The notes beneath the pieces are model-generated. The model was not told the origin of the DNA. It saw nothing but the letters and a program-made list of their open reading frames with translations, and ran no database searches. Source: an uncultured Actinomycetes bacterium (GTDB lineage Bacteria > Actinomycetota > Thermoleophilia > UBA2241). From it: 39,099 nt of DNA. Each line of letters opens with the position of its first letter. Position 1 is the first letter of the stretch. Positions 11,643 to 20,530 of this stretch are shown here, in pieces. The stretch lies in assembly GCA_963755025.1 (NCBI GenBank), contig CAVWIH010000005.1, positions 1 to 39,099 of the forward strand, in the 5' to 3' direction. Both the position numbers and the translations under genes were made by a program.

Positions 11643-12662
11643 ATGACGACGATCGGTTTTGCCCCGCTCGACTTGGCCACGCGAGCCCCCTTCGGCATAG
11701 CGCGCTGGAGCCACAGCGAGTTCGCCGACTTCGTCGTGACCATGACCGACGGTACCGGGCTGACCGGCTTCGGCGAGGGCGCGCCCAACGCGCGTTACGA
11801 CGAGACGCGCGACGGCGACGCGGCCGCGCTCGAGGCCCTCGCCGGCGCGCTCGAGGCGGTCGAGGGCGTCGCGGCGGTCGAGGCGTTCTGCGCCGCGCAG
11901 CCCGGGTTCCCCGCGCTGCGCGCCGCCCTCTCGGCCGCCGCCTGGGACCTCGCCGGCAAGCAGGCCGGCGAGCCGGTCTGGGCCCTGCTCGGGCTCGACC
12001 AGCCCACGGTGCGCACCTCGCTGACCATCCCCATCGGTGACCCCAAGACCATGCTGGCTCAGGCGCACGCCGCCGCCGGCTTTCGCATACTCAAGGTCAA
12101 GCTCGGTTTCGACGGCGACCTCGACGTGGCCAGGCGCCTGGCCCACGAGCTGCCCGACCGGCGCTTTCGCTACGACGCCAACGAGGGCTGGGACCGCGAG
12201 CGCGCGGCGCGCTCGCTCGAGGTGCTGGCCAAGCTGAACGCCGAGCTCGTCGAGCAGCCGCTGCCGGCCGCCGATCTCGAAGGCCAGGCCTGGCTGCTCG
12301 ACCGCTCGCCGGTGCAGCTCTTCGGCGACGAGGCGCTGCTCGACCTCGAGCACTTGGACGACGTGGTCGAGCTCTACGACGGCTTCGTCGTGAAGCTCGC
12401 CAAGGCGGGCGGCATCGCCGCCGCCGCCGCCCTCATGACCGCCTGCCGCGAGCGCGCCAGCCGGGTGCTGCTGGGCTGCATGATCGAGTCGAGCCTGGGG
12501 ATCGCCGCCGGGCTGCACCTGGCGAGCCTCGCCGACTACGTCGACCTCGACGGTTTTCTGCTGCTCGCCGACGATCCGTTCACCGGCCTGCCGCGTTCGG
12601 GTGACACGCTCACCGCGCCCGACCTGCCCGGGCTGGGCGTCGCGCTCGTGGCGGCGCTCTAG
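11643..12662 (+). CDS. Dipeptide (L-Ala-D/L-Glu) epimerase, enolase superfamily
   Basis: PFGIAR, KVKLG (KxK), YDANEGW, VEQP, GDE, VKLAKAGG, GCMIES and DLDG, the AE-epimerase DxD motif. Confidence 0.85.
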   Translation: MTTIGFAPLDLATRAPFGIARWSHSEFADFVVTMTDGTGLTGFGEGAPNARYDETRDGDAAALEALAGALEAVEGVAAVEAFCAAQPGFPALRAALSAAAWDLAGKQAGEPVWALLGLDQPTVRTSLTIPIGDPKTMLAQAHAAAGFRILKVKLGFDGDLDVARRLAHELPDRRFRYDANEGWDRERAARSLEVLAKLNAELVEQPLPAADLEGQAWLLDRSPVQLFGDEALLDLEHLDDVVELYDGFVVKLAKAGGIAAAAALMTACRERASRVLLGCMIESSLGIAAGLHLASLADYVDLDGFLLLADDPFTGLPRSGDTLTAPDLPGLGVALVAAL

Positions 12663-12711
12663 CAAGCTCGCCGGCGTGTCGTTGGCCGCCGCCGTTGGCC
12701 CGGCGCCGGCC

Positions 12712-12776
12712 CGGCGCCGGCCCGTCACCTCGTCGCTCGGACCGGCGCGGCGCCGGCCCGTCACCTCGTCGCTCGG
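12712..12776. repeat. Two 29-bp direct repeats, 36-bp period
   Basis: CGGCGCCGGCCCGTCACCTCGTCGCTCGG at 12712-12740 and 12748-12776, between convergent genes. Confidence 0.85.
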
Positions 12777-12790
12777 GCGCCGTGCGCCAG

Positions 12791-13522
12791 CTAGGCCGTG
12801 AGCTCCTCGTACAGACGGCGCCCCGCGGCGGCGACCGCGGCGTAGCCGCCCTCGCCGTCGCTCATCACCGCCAGCACCAGCGTCGCGCCCGCCGGCGTGC
12901 GCACCACCCCGCAGTCGTGGCAGAAGCGGCCCCCGGGCAGGTCGTCGCCGGGCTTGCCGGCGTAGGTGGCGCCCCCGGGCAGGCCACGCGGCAGGCCGTC
13001 GCGGTGCTCCTGCAGGGCAAGCGAGGCGAGCACCCGCTCGCAGGCCGTCGCGCCGATCCGCGGATCGCCGGCGACGAGCAGCCCGAGCAGCTCGGCCAGG
13101 TCGGCCGCGCAGGTCAGGTTGTCGCGGCCGGCGGCGGCCGCCTGCCAGTCCATCATCTGCCGTTGCAAGATGGTGTGGCGCAGACCCAGCTCGCCGGCCA
13201 GGGCGTTGACCCGGTCGCAGCCCACGGCGGCGACCACGGCGTTGGTGGCGTCGTTGTCGCTCACCACGAGCGCGAGATGCAGGCAGTCGGCCAGGGCGAG
13301 CCGGGCTGGGTGGCGAAAGCCGCGCAGCACCCCGGCGCCGCCGACCGCCTCGCCGGGCGCAAAGGTGTGGGGCTGCGCCTCGTCGAGCTCGCCGGCCGCG
13401 ACCGCCCGCCAGAAAGCAGCGCCGAGTAGCACCTTGATCGTGCTGAACGAGGGCAGGACCGCCTCGCCGCGCGCGTCGGCGTCGCGGCCGGTGGTCAGGT
13501 TCGTGGCGTGCCAGGCGATCAC
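12791..13522 (-). CDS. Class A beta-lactamase-like serine hydrolase, no signal peptide
   Basis: SxxK (FSTIK), SDN (VSDNDATN) and KPG...HDCG. Probable leaderless GTG at 13522, 7 nt after TATCAT. Confidence 0.85.
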   Translation of the reverse strand: MIAWHATNLTTGRDADARGEAVLPSFSTIKVLLGAAFWRAVAAGELDEAQPHTFAPGEAVGGAGVLRGFRHPARLALADCLHLALVVSDNDATNAVVAAVGCDRVNALAGELGLRHTILQRQMMDWQAAAAGRDNLTCAADLAELLGLLVAGDPRIGATACERVLASLALQEHRDGLPRGLPGGATYAGKPGDDLPGGRFCHDCGVVRTPAGATLVLAVMSDGEGGYAAVAAAGRRLYEELTA

Positions 13523-13679
13523 GAAGGCGATGATACATCGGCTCTTCTCGTCTCGAGCCGCCTCCGGCTGCCGCCGTCGCTGCCGTCGCCGCGCGGCTTC
13601 GCACGGCCCGCACAGCCTCGCTCGCATGAACCGCACTCCATCGTGCGTCGCAGTTGTTACTACTGTCGTCTGGTAAACA

Positions 13680-13720
13680 TTGACATGCTCACCCGCTCTC
13701 GGGTGTTAATGGCTTCACGT
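13680..13720 (+). promoter_or_regulatory. Putative promoter and Rex-like operator of the Rieske/cytochrome b operon
   Basis: TTGACA at 13680-13685. GTGTTAAtggcTTCACGT (13703-13720) matches 10 of 14 positions of TTGTGAA-N4-TTCACAA. Confidence 0.35.
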
Positions 13721-13777
13721 CGCTGCGGTTCGACGCGCCGCGGCTCAAGGTCAAGCGACCCCTGCGGAGGGCGTTCA

Positions 13778-14243
13778 ATGACGAGGGGCGGATTCCTTAA
13801 GTGGCTGATCGGCGCCGATCGGCGCGGTCGCCCTGGGCGGCATCGTCTATCCGGTCGTGCGCTTCCTCAAGCCTCCCGCGACGAGCACGGCGGCCATAGG
13901 CCAGGTCGTCAATCTCGGCTCGTTCGCGGCGTTCCCGCCCGGCAAGCTCACGGTGGCCACGGTCAACGCGCGTCCGGTCATCGTGACCAACGTGGGCGGT
14001 AAGCCGGTCGTCTACTCGGCGATCTGCACCCACCTCGGCTGCGTCGTCTCGCCCAGCGGCAACGAGCTGCACTGCCCCTGTCACGGCAGCGTCTACTCGG
14101 CGGCCGGCAGGGTCGTGCACGGTCCGGCGCCCCTGCCGCTGCCCTTCTACAGCGCCAAGGTCAGCGGTGGTTCGTTGCTGGTCGGTCCCGTGACCTTCAC
14201 GCGGGCGAGCTACCCGACCTGGTACAAGGGGCAGTTCGCGTGA
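13778..14243 (+). CDS. Rieske 2Fe-2S subunit (QcrA/PetC-like), frameshift near 13815
   Basis: GGAGG then ATG 13778 gives [10 protein letters not shown] (Tat-like) plus a TM helix. Rieske boxes CTHLGC and CPCHGSVY, followed by GPAPLPL. Confidence 0.92.
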
Positions 14244-14971
14244 GCGTCGACGACACCACACCGCAAGGAGGCGACGTGAGCCAGACCGACGCCGGCCACG
14301 ACGCGCCGGCCCACGGCCGCCTGCCGGGCCCGCTCGCCTGGATCACCAACCGGCTCGGCATGGAAGAGCTCATGGAGGACCAGTACAACCGCATCGTGCC
14401 GGTCCACGCCACCAACTACATCTACTGCTTCGGCGGCATCGCCTTCATCCTCTTCCTCATCCTCGCCGTCACCGGCATCATGATGGTCGTCTACTACCAG
14501 CCCACGCCCGACGCCGCCTATCAGAGCGTCGTCAACATCTCCACCAACGTCGCCTTCGGCTGGTGGATCCGCTCCATCCACAAGTGGGCCGCCACGGGCA
14601 TGGTGCTGCTCGTGTTCGTGCACATGCTGCGCGTCTTCTTCACCAGCGCCTACAAGCGGCCCCGCGAGCTCAACTGGATCAGCGGCGTCGTGCTCCTCGG
14701 GGTCACCATGGCCTTCGGCTTCACCGGCTACCTGCTGCCCTGGGACCAGAAGGCGTACTGGGCGACGCGCGTGGGCACCGACATCGCCGGCTCCACGCCG
14801 TTCATCGGTCACTTCCTGCTGGTCAGCCTGCGCGGCGGCGAGAACATCACCGGCGCCACGCTGGGGCGCTTCTTCGACCTGCACGTGCTCGTGCTGCCGG
14901 TCATCATCGTCGTCTTTCTGGGCGCGCACTTCTTCATGATCCGCCGCCACGGCATCTCCGGAAAGCTCTAG
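14240..14971 (+). CDS. petB: Cytochrome b6-type N-terminal subunit
   Basis: IYCFGG (heme ci Cys), RSIHKWAA...[18 protein letters not shown] and helix D H-x14-H. Ends [10 protein letters not shown], like split b6. Confidence 0.92.
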   Translation: MSVDDTTPQGGDVSQTDAGHDAPAHGRLPGPLAWITNRLGMEELMEDQYNRIVPVHATNYIYCFGGIAFILFLILAVTGIMMVVYYQPTPDAAYQSVVNISTNVAFGWWIRSIHKWAATGMVLLVFVHMLRVFFTSAYKRPRELNWISGVVLLGVTMAFGFTGYLLPWDQKAYWATRVGTDIAGSTPFIGHFLLVSLRGGENITGATLGRFFDLHVLVLPVIIVVFLGAHFFMIRRHGISGKL

Positions 14972-16324
14972 CAGGCTGCTGAAGATCGCCTCGCCTCAAG
15001 CTCTCCGAGAGCCTTCCGGAGGATGACCCTCGCCGCCTCGCGAACCTGCTAGTGTGCGGCCAGGCAGGCGACGGGGAGGGGCTCAGGATGCGCGGTGACG
15101 AGGAGCGGCAGGCGGGGTTCATCGTCATGACCACGCTCGAGGACGTGGTGCCCGACGATCATCCCCTGCGCGCCATCCGCGCCCTGGTCGACGTCGCCCT
15201 TGGGCAGATGAGTCCCGAGCTCGAGACTCTCTACGCCGAGCGCGGTCGCCCCTCGATCGCCCCCGAGTACCTGCTGCGCGCCCAGCTTGCCCAGATCCTC
15301 TACGCCATCCCCTCCGAGCGCCGCCTGGTCGAACAGCTGCGCTATAACCTCCTGCTGCGCTGGTTCGTGGGCCTGCCCTTCGACGAGCCGGTCTGGCATC
15401 CGACGACCTTCACCAAGAACCGCGACCGCCTGCTCACGAGGGAGGTCGCCGAGGCCTTCTTCTCTGCCGTGCGCTGCCAGGCCGCCTCGCGCAAGCTGCT
15501 CTCCCGCGAGCACTTCTCCGTGGACGGCACGCTCCTTGAGGCGGCCGCCTCCTTGAAGAGCCTGCGGCCCCGCGAGGAGGGTGAAGATGGGGAGCCGCCG
15601 GCCGGCGGCGGCGGGCGCAACCGCAGCGTCGACTTCCACGGCGAGAAGCGCGGCAACGAGACGCACCGCTCGACGACCGACCCCGACTCACGCCTGGCCA
15701 AGAAGGGACGCGGCAAGGAGGCGCGTCTCTGCTACGCCGGCCACAGCCTCACCGAGAACCGCCACGGCCTGATCGTCGACTGCGAGCTGACTGCGGCCAC
15801 CGGCAGCTGCGAGCGTGAGGCCGGCCTGCGGCTGCTCGCCCGTCAGCGGCGCCGCTCCGGCCGCGCTCGCCTGAGCGTAGGCGCCGACCGCGGCTACGAC
15901 ACGGCCGGCTTCGTCGCCCGGGCTCGCGAGCTGCACATCACCCCGCACGTGGCCGCCAAGGACCGCTTCAGCGCCGTCGACGGCCGCACCACCCGCCACG
16001 CCGGCTACGCCACAAGCCAGCGTCGACGCAAGCTCGTCGAGGAGCCCTTCGGCTGGATGAAGACGGTCGGCGGCCTGCGCAAGCTGCGCCACCGCGGCGC
16101 GGCCAGGGTCTCGGCCATCTTCACCTTCGCCTGCGCGGCCTACAACCTGGTGCGCTTGCGGCGGTTGCTGGCGGAGCCGGCTCTGAGGTAGGGCCAGAGG
16201 CCCGGAAGGGCTCCCAAAGGGGCTGCCTTGCGGGGCTCGACAGCTCCAGAAACCACCTCATCCGTCTCGCCACGGCTCCTGGCTGCACGACACTCTCCGG
16301 AGGGCGCGCTTGTTCAGCAGCCTG
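14972..16324 (+). mobile_element. IS5-family insertion sequence (1353 bp) with CTAG target duplication
   Basis: Terminal inverted repeats CAGGCTGCTGAA (14972-14983) and TTCAGCAGCCTG (16313-16324). CTAG flanks at 14968-14971 and 16325-16328. Encloses one transposase. Confidence 0.93.
15088..16191 (+). CDS. IS5-family DDE transposase
   Basis: MRG...DHPLRAIR, GRPSIAPE, SERRLVEQLRYNLLLRWFVG, FSVDGTL, GADRGYD, RKLVEEPFGWMK, AAYNLVR; frame intact. Confidence 0.95.
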   Translation: MRGDEERQAGFIVMTTLEDVVPDDHPLRAIRALVDVALGQMSPELETLYAERGRPSIAPEYLLRAQLAQILYAIPSERRLVEQLRYNLLLRWFVGLPFDEPVWHPTTFTKNRDRLLTREVAEAFFSAVRCQAASRKLLSREHFSVDGTLLEAAASLKSLRPREEGEDGEPPAGGGGRNRSVDFHGEKRGNETHRSTTDPDSRLAKKGRGKEARLCYAGHSLTENRHGLIVDCELTAATGSCEREAGLRLLARQRRRSGRARLSVGADRGYDTAGFVARARELHITPHVAAKDRFSAVDGRTTRHAGYATSQRRRKLVEEPFGWMKTVGGLRKLRHRGAARVSAIFTFACAAYNLVRLRRLLAEPALR

Positions 16325-16347
16325 CTAGAGGAAGGGAGGAGAGGCTC

Positions 16348-16791
16348 ATGGCCGATATCGTCGACAGACCCCGTCAGGAGCACACCTCCCGGTACTACTG
16401 GGAGCGCGAGCACTCGCCCGGCGAGAAGTTCATACCGTACTTCTGGCAGGAAGCCGTCTCGCAGGTCATGATCCTGGCGCTCTTTCTGGCGGTCATCGGC
16501 GGTCTGGCGCTGCTCTGGCCGGCCTCGCTCGGACAGCGCGCCAACGCGCTCGTCACGCCGGCCAACACCAAGCCCGAGTGGTACTACCTGAGCCTCTTCC
16601 AGCTCCTTAAGATCGTGCCCGAGAAGATCGGTCTGATCGCGCCCGCCGTGCTCGTCGTGCTGCTGATCATCTTGCCGTTCATCGACCGTAGTCCCGTCCG
16701 CAACCCGTTGAAGAAACCGGTGACCACGACCATCGCCATCGTCGTGATCGTCGCCACCGTCGTGCTCACCATCTGGGGGGCCGTGTCGTGA
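16348..16791 (+). CDS. petD: Cytochrome b6 subunit IV-like protein
   Basis: SD GGAGG then ATG 16348; TPANTKPEWYY (Qo-site PEWY), LPFIDRSP, three TM helices. Confidence 0.9.
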   Translation: MADIVDRPRQEHTSRYYWEREHSPGEKFIPYFWQEAVSQVMILALFLAVIGGLALLWPASLGQRANALVTPANTKPEWYYLSLFQLLKIVPEKIGLIAPAVLVVLLIILPFIDRSPVRNPLKKPVTTTIAIVVIVATVVLTIWGAVS

Positions 16792-16811
16792 CGAGTCCAG
16801 AAGGGAGGCGC

Positions 16812-17696
16812 ATGAAACGCATCATCGTGGCTCTGGCCGCCCCGGCGCTCGTTGCTGCCTTCGTGGTGGCCGCCGGCTGCGCCAGCTTGGCGACGCCCGA
16901 AGCGCCGTCGAGCGGTTCGCCGGCAGCCGGCGGCGCGAGCGCGGCCGTCACGGTCAGCCAGCAGGTCAAAGACGGCGCCTCGCTGTACGTGGCCTTCGCC
17001 TGCGTGCGCTGCCACGCACCCAACGGCGTGGGCGGCGTGCCCAACCGCCTGAACGTGGGCGGCGACGACACGATCCCGGCCCTGAACAACGCCTACCGCG
17101 ACACCTCGGAGCAGTTCCACAACGCGGCCCAGATCACGACCGTCATGATGCAGGGCAGCATCTTGAGCCACAAGCCCGGCGTCATCAACATGCCGTCGTG
17201 GAAGGGCGTCGTGAACGATGCTCAGGCGAGCGCCATCGCCGCCTACATCCTGGCGGGCTTCCCCCAGGTCGCCGGCGTCGCCTACGACGCCAACCCGGCC
17301 TCGGCCTCCGACATCTACACGGCCTTCGCCTGCATCACCTGTCACGGCCAGGTCGGCGGCGCGAGCGCCTCGCCGGCGCCGGCGCCCAACCCGCTCAGTC
17401 CCGACAAGGCCGTACCGCTCCTGCGCAACCCGGCCGACAACGTCACGATCGCCGACATGACCGCGACGATCCTCGAGGGTTCCATCCCGCCGCCGGGCAA
17501 GGTCGGCGAGGTCCTCATGCCGGCCTGGGGCCAGATCCTCTCGACCCAGCAGCTCGCCAAGATCCTGCTGTACATACCGGATGGGCCCAAGGCCAAGGCG
17601 CTGCCCGCCCCGCCCGCTGCCCCGACGCTGCCGCTGGCGAGCGGCTCGGCGTCGGCGTCGACCAGCGCGTCGCCGGCCGCCTCGTCGAGCCCATGA
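16812..17696 (+). CDS. Diheme c-type cytochrome lipoprotein
   Basis: SD GGGAGG then ATG 16812; lipobox-like VVAAGC; two homologous domains CVRCH...MPSW and CITCH...MPAW. Confidence 0.9.
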   Translation: MKRIIVALAAPALVAAFVVAAGCASLATPEAPSSGSPAAGGASAAVTVSQQVKDGASLYVAFACVRCHAPNGVGGVPNRLNVGGDDTIPALNNAYRDTSEQFHNAAQITTVMMQGSILSHKPGVINMPSWKGVVNDAQASAIAAYILAGFPQVAGVAYDANPASASDIYTAFACITCHGQVGGASASPAPAPNPLSPDKAVPLLRNPADNVTIADMTATILEGSIPPPGKVGEVLMPAWGQILSTQQLAKILLYIPDGPKAKALPAPPAAPTLPLASGSASASTSASPAASSSP

Positions 17697-17709
17697 CAGG
17701 GCGGCCCGC

Positions 17710-18022
17710 ATGAGCCTCACCGCGCTGCTCGGCCAGATCTCGCTCTCGCCGCCGCTCAACGTGCGCCTGATCGCCCTGGTGGTGATCGAGGTCGTGCTGC
17801 TGGCCCTCGTCGTGGCGCTGTGGTTCAAGTACGAGCAGTTCAAGAAGATCTCGGTCGACGAGTGGTGGGAGCGGCGGCGGCGCGCCGGCGTGTCGCCGCG
17901 TGTCGAGCGCATGATGCGCGAGTCGCACGACGCAGTATCTGGCCGAACGCGCCGAGGCCGCCGAAAGCGGCCAGCTCGACGGCGAATCGCGCCCCGCACG
18001 CGGCGATCCGCCCCGCGCCTAG
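17710..18022 (+). CDS. Small single-TM hypothetical protein closing the operon (probable frameshift near 17930)
   Basis: ATG 13 nt after the cytochrome c stop; TM LIALVVIEVVLLALVVALWF, then KYEQFKKISVDEWWERRR. The shifted frame ends at TAG 18020-18022. Confidence 0.6.
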
Positions 18023-18121
18023 CGACTGGGCGCCACCACCGTGGCGGCGTTACCGCCGCTCGCGCGCAAACGGCGTCGTGCGCCCGCGCCCGGGTGAAGG
18101 CGCCGGACCGGCGCCCGGGGC

Positions 18122-18892
18122 TTACGTGACGGCGTGGGCTCCCGCGTCGACGTGTACGATCTCGCCGGTGATCGCCCGCGACAGGTCTGAGAGCAAAAAG
18201 ACGGTCGCGTCGGCCACCTCTTCGGCGGTCACGTTGCGGCGCAGCGGCGTGTGGGTCTGCAGCAGTTCCAGCATGCCGGCGAAGTCTTTGATGCTGCGCG
18301 CGGCGACCGTGTGGATAGGCCCCGGCGAGACGGCGTTCACGCGGATCTCAGCGGGCCCCAGGTCGGCCGCCAGGTAGCGCACGGTCGCCTCGAGCGAGGC
18401 CTTGGCGGGGCCCATGACGTTGTAGTTGGGGATCACCCGGTGAGAGCCCGCGTAGGTCATGGTGACGATTGCGCCGCCCTGCGCCATGAGGGGGCGGGCT
18501 TCGCGCGCCGCCGCGATGAGGCTGTACGAGCTGATGTCGTTGGCCACGGCGAAACCGGCGCGCGTGGTCTCGACAAAGCTGCCCTGCAGGTCGTCGGCGG
18601 GCGCGTAGGCGATGCTGTGCACGAGGCCGTGCAGCACCGGCAGCTGTTCGGCGAGCTGCCCCATGGCGTTGCGCACGCCGTCGTCGCTGGCCACGTCGCA
18701 CTCGACGAGCGTCGCTTCGGCGCCGGCGTCGGCCATGAGACGGTCGAGGCGCGGCTTGATGCGCTGCGACTGGTAGGTGACGGCCAGCCGGCCCCCCTGC
18801 GCGATCACCGCACGGGCTACGGCCCACGCGATGCTGCGTTCGTTGGCGACGCCCATGACGAGCACGTTCTTGCCTGCGAGGAGTCCCGGCAT
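18122..18892 (-). CDS. fabI: Enoyl-ACP reductase
   Basis: GVANERSIAW, LVHSIAYAP, DISSYSL, YNVMGPAKASLE (Y-x6-K), VNAVSPGPIHT. Confidence 0.93.
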   Translation of the reverse strand: MPGLLAGKNVLVMGVANERSIAWAVARAVIAQGGRLAVTYQSQRIKPRLDRLMADAGAEATLVECDVASDDGVRNAMGQLAEQLPVLHGLVHSIAYAPADDLQGSFVETTRAGFAVANDISSYSLIAAAREARPLMAQGGAIVTMTYAGSHRVIPNYNVMGPAKASLEATVRYLAADLGPAEIRVNAVSPGPIHTVAARSIKDFAGMLELLQTHTPLRRNVTAEEVADATVFLLSDLSRAITGEIVHVDAGAHAVT

Positions 18893-18969
18893 GGGCGACT
18901 TATACACTGACGAGGGCGCGGCGCGCCAGCGAGCGGCGTTGCGATGAAGTGCCCGGCGCGGCCGCCACG

Positions 18970-19054
18970 CGGCAAGCGCACCGCCGTTCGCGCACCGCCC
19001 CAACGGCAAGTGCACGGCCGTTCGCGCACCGCGCCTACGGCAAGTGCACCGCCG
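18970..19054. repeat. 34-bp tandem repeat x2.5 overlapping the anti-sigma 3' end
   Basis: Units CGGCAAGyGCACsGCCGTTCGCGCACCGC... start at 18970, 19004 and 19038. Confidence 0.85.
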
Positions 19055-19838
19055 AGGCCGACACCCCGCCCGGCAGAGCGACCACGAGGGCCGGCTGCGA
19101 GCCGAGCGAGTACGTCTCGCTGGCAGCTCCGCCGGCGGCAGGAGCCGCCGTGGTCAGCGGCCGCAAGTAGGCCACCGCCAGCGAGCCGGCCTGTGCCGCG
19201 TTGCTGATCGCCTGCAGGCCGAGCGAGAACGACGCCGGCGGGGTGCCCTTGAGGGTCCGCACGACGGTGAAGCCCTGGCTGGCTCCGCGCAGCGGCCCGA
19301 CGCGCACCACGGCGACGTCGCGATAGGCGGCAGCGTGCGCGGCGGTGACGCCCGCGGCGCCCGCCGCCGGCACGGCAGCGCCTCCGGCCAGCGATGACGC
19401 CGGCGCCCTGACCGCGTTCTTACTGGCGCCGTTCGCCGCGACGCCGGAGGTTGCGTTCGAGCCGGGGTTCCGGGTGAGGATCGTGGCCAGTCCGATCACC
19501 AGCGCCAAGGCGAGGGCGGCGGCGACCAGGACGGCCGTCAGGCGGCGGCCGCGCAGCGGCCGCCGCCTGACGGCCTCGGGCTCGCCCAGCGAGTGCCGCA
19601 GCCGCGACCACCGCGAGGAGCCCAGGTTGGTGTAGCTCTCGTCGATCGGCGGAAAGCCGCGGCGCAACTCGGTCTCGATCGCGGCGAGATCGGACTTGAG
19701 GTCGGCCAGCCGTTCGCGCAGCCGGGCCGACTGCGACAGCGCGGCGGCGAGCTCGGGATCGTCGTCGAGCCCGAGGGCGTAGTCGAGCAGTCGATCATCG
19801 TCGAAGGCTGCTCGCTGGCTGTCGCTACGATCGCTCAT
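19035..19838 (-). CDS. Putative membrane-anchored anti-sigma factor
   Basis: Overlaps the ECF stop (ATGA). N-terminal LLDYALG...LRERLADL resembles an anti-sigma domain, followed by one TM helix and an Ala-rich external region. Confidence 0.75.
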   Translation of the reverse strand: MSDRSDSQRAAFDDDRLLDYALGLDDDPELAAALSQSARLRERLADLKSDLAAIETELRRGFPPIDESYTNLGSSRWSRLRHSLGEPEAVRRRPLRGRRLTAVLVAAALALALVIGLATILTRNPGSNATSGVAANGASKNAVRAPASSLAGGAAVPAAGAAGVTAAHAAAYRDVAVVRVGPLRGASQGFTVVRTLKGTPPASFSLGLQAISNAAQAGSLAVAYLRPLTTAAPAAGGAASETYSLGSQPALVVALPGGVSASAVHLP

Positions 19839-20440
19839 TGGTCGGGAACCTCAGAAGCCATATGCCCCGATTCGCCGAGGCTACTCCCATCGATTTCAGC
19901 GCCGCCGCCGGTAGCGCCGGCCGGTCGTGTCAGCGCACCTCGCAGGCGGCCGAGCGCGGTGTACAGGCGCGACTTGACGGTGCCCGTCGGCACGCCCTGG
20001 CAGTGGGCGATCTCGTCCAGCGAGAGGTCGGCGAAGAAACGCAGGGCGACGACCTCGCGAAACTCGGGGGCGAGCGCCTGCAGGGCGTCGCGCAGCGGGC
20101 GGTCGCCGCTCGGGAGCTCGGGGGCGGGCGCCACGTCGGGCGGCGTCACGTCGGTGAGGCGGCGCACGAGCTGCAGGCGCCGTTTGCGCCGCCGGCCGAG
20201 GTCGCGCCCGGTGTTCAGGATGACCTGGTAGAACCAGCCGAGAAAGGTCTCCTCGCGCGGCAGCGTCGCCCGGAACACCTTGACGAACACCTCCTGGACG
20301 CCGTCGTCGACGTCGTCACACATGCCTTGCAAGAAGAGGATCTCGCGGGCGCGCGGGGCGTACAGGCGAAAGAACTCGGCGCGCGCCTCGGGCGTGCCGC
20401 GGCGCAAACGCTCCAGCAGTCCCGGGGGCAGACCTTCGAT
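19835..20440 (-). CDS. ECF sigma-70 factor (probable ATC start at 20440)
   Basis: Region 2 DDGVQEVFVKV...FLGWFYQVILNTGRD; region 4 LSLDEIAHCQGVPTGTVKSRL. Confidence 0.9.
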   Translation of the reverse strand: MEGLPPGLLERLRRGTPEARAEFFRLYAPRAREILFLQGMCDDVDDGVQEVFVKVFRATLPREETFLGWFYQVILNTGRDLGRRRKRRLQLVRRLTDVTPPDVAPAPELPSGDRPLRDALQALAPEFREVVALRFFADLSLDEIAHCQGVPTGTVKSRLYTALGRLRGALTRPAGATGGGAEIDGSSLGESGHMASEVPDQ

Positions 20441-20530
20441 CCTCGTCCTCCTTGCAGGGGAGACGCAGCGGCCGCGTGAGAGGTTCGCCGACGCTCGGAC
20501 GGGGCCAGTATAGCGCGCCCGCGGGGAGCG

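Noticed and set aside
12791-13522. Bona fide resistance beta-lactamase
   Set aside because: There is no signal peptide, KPG replaces KTG, no clear omega-loop ExxLN is present, and the context is peptide catabolism.
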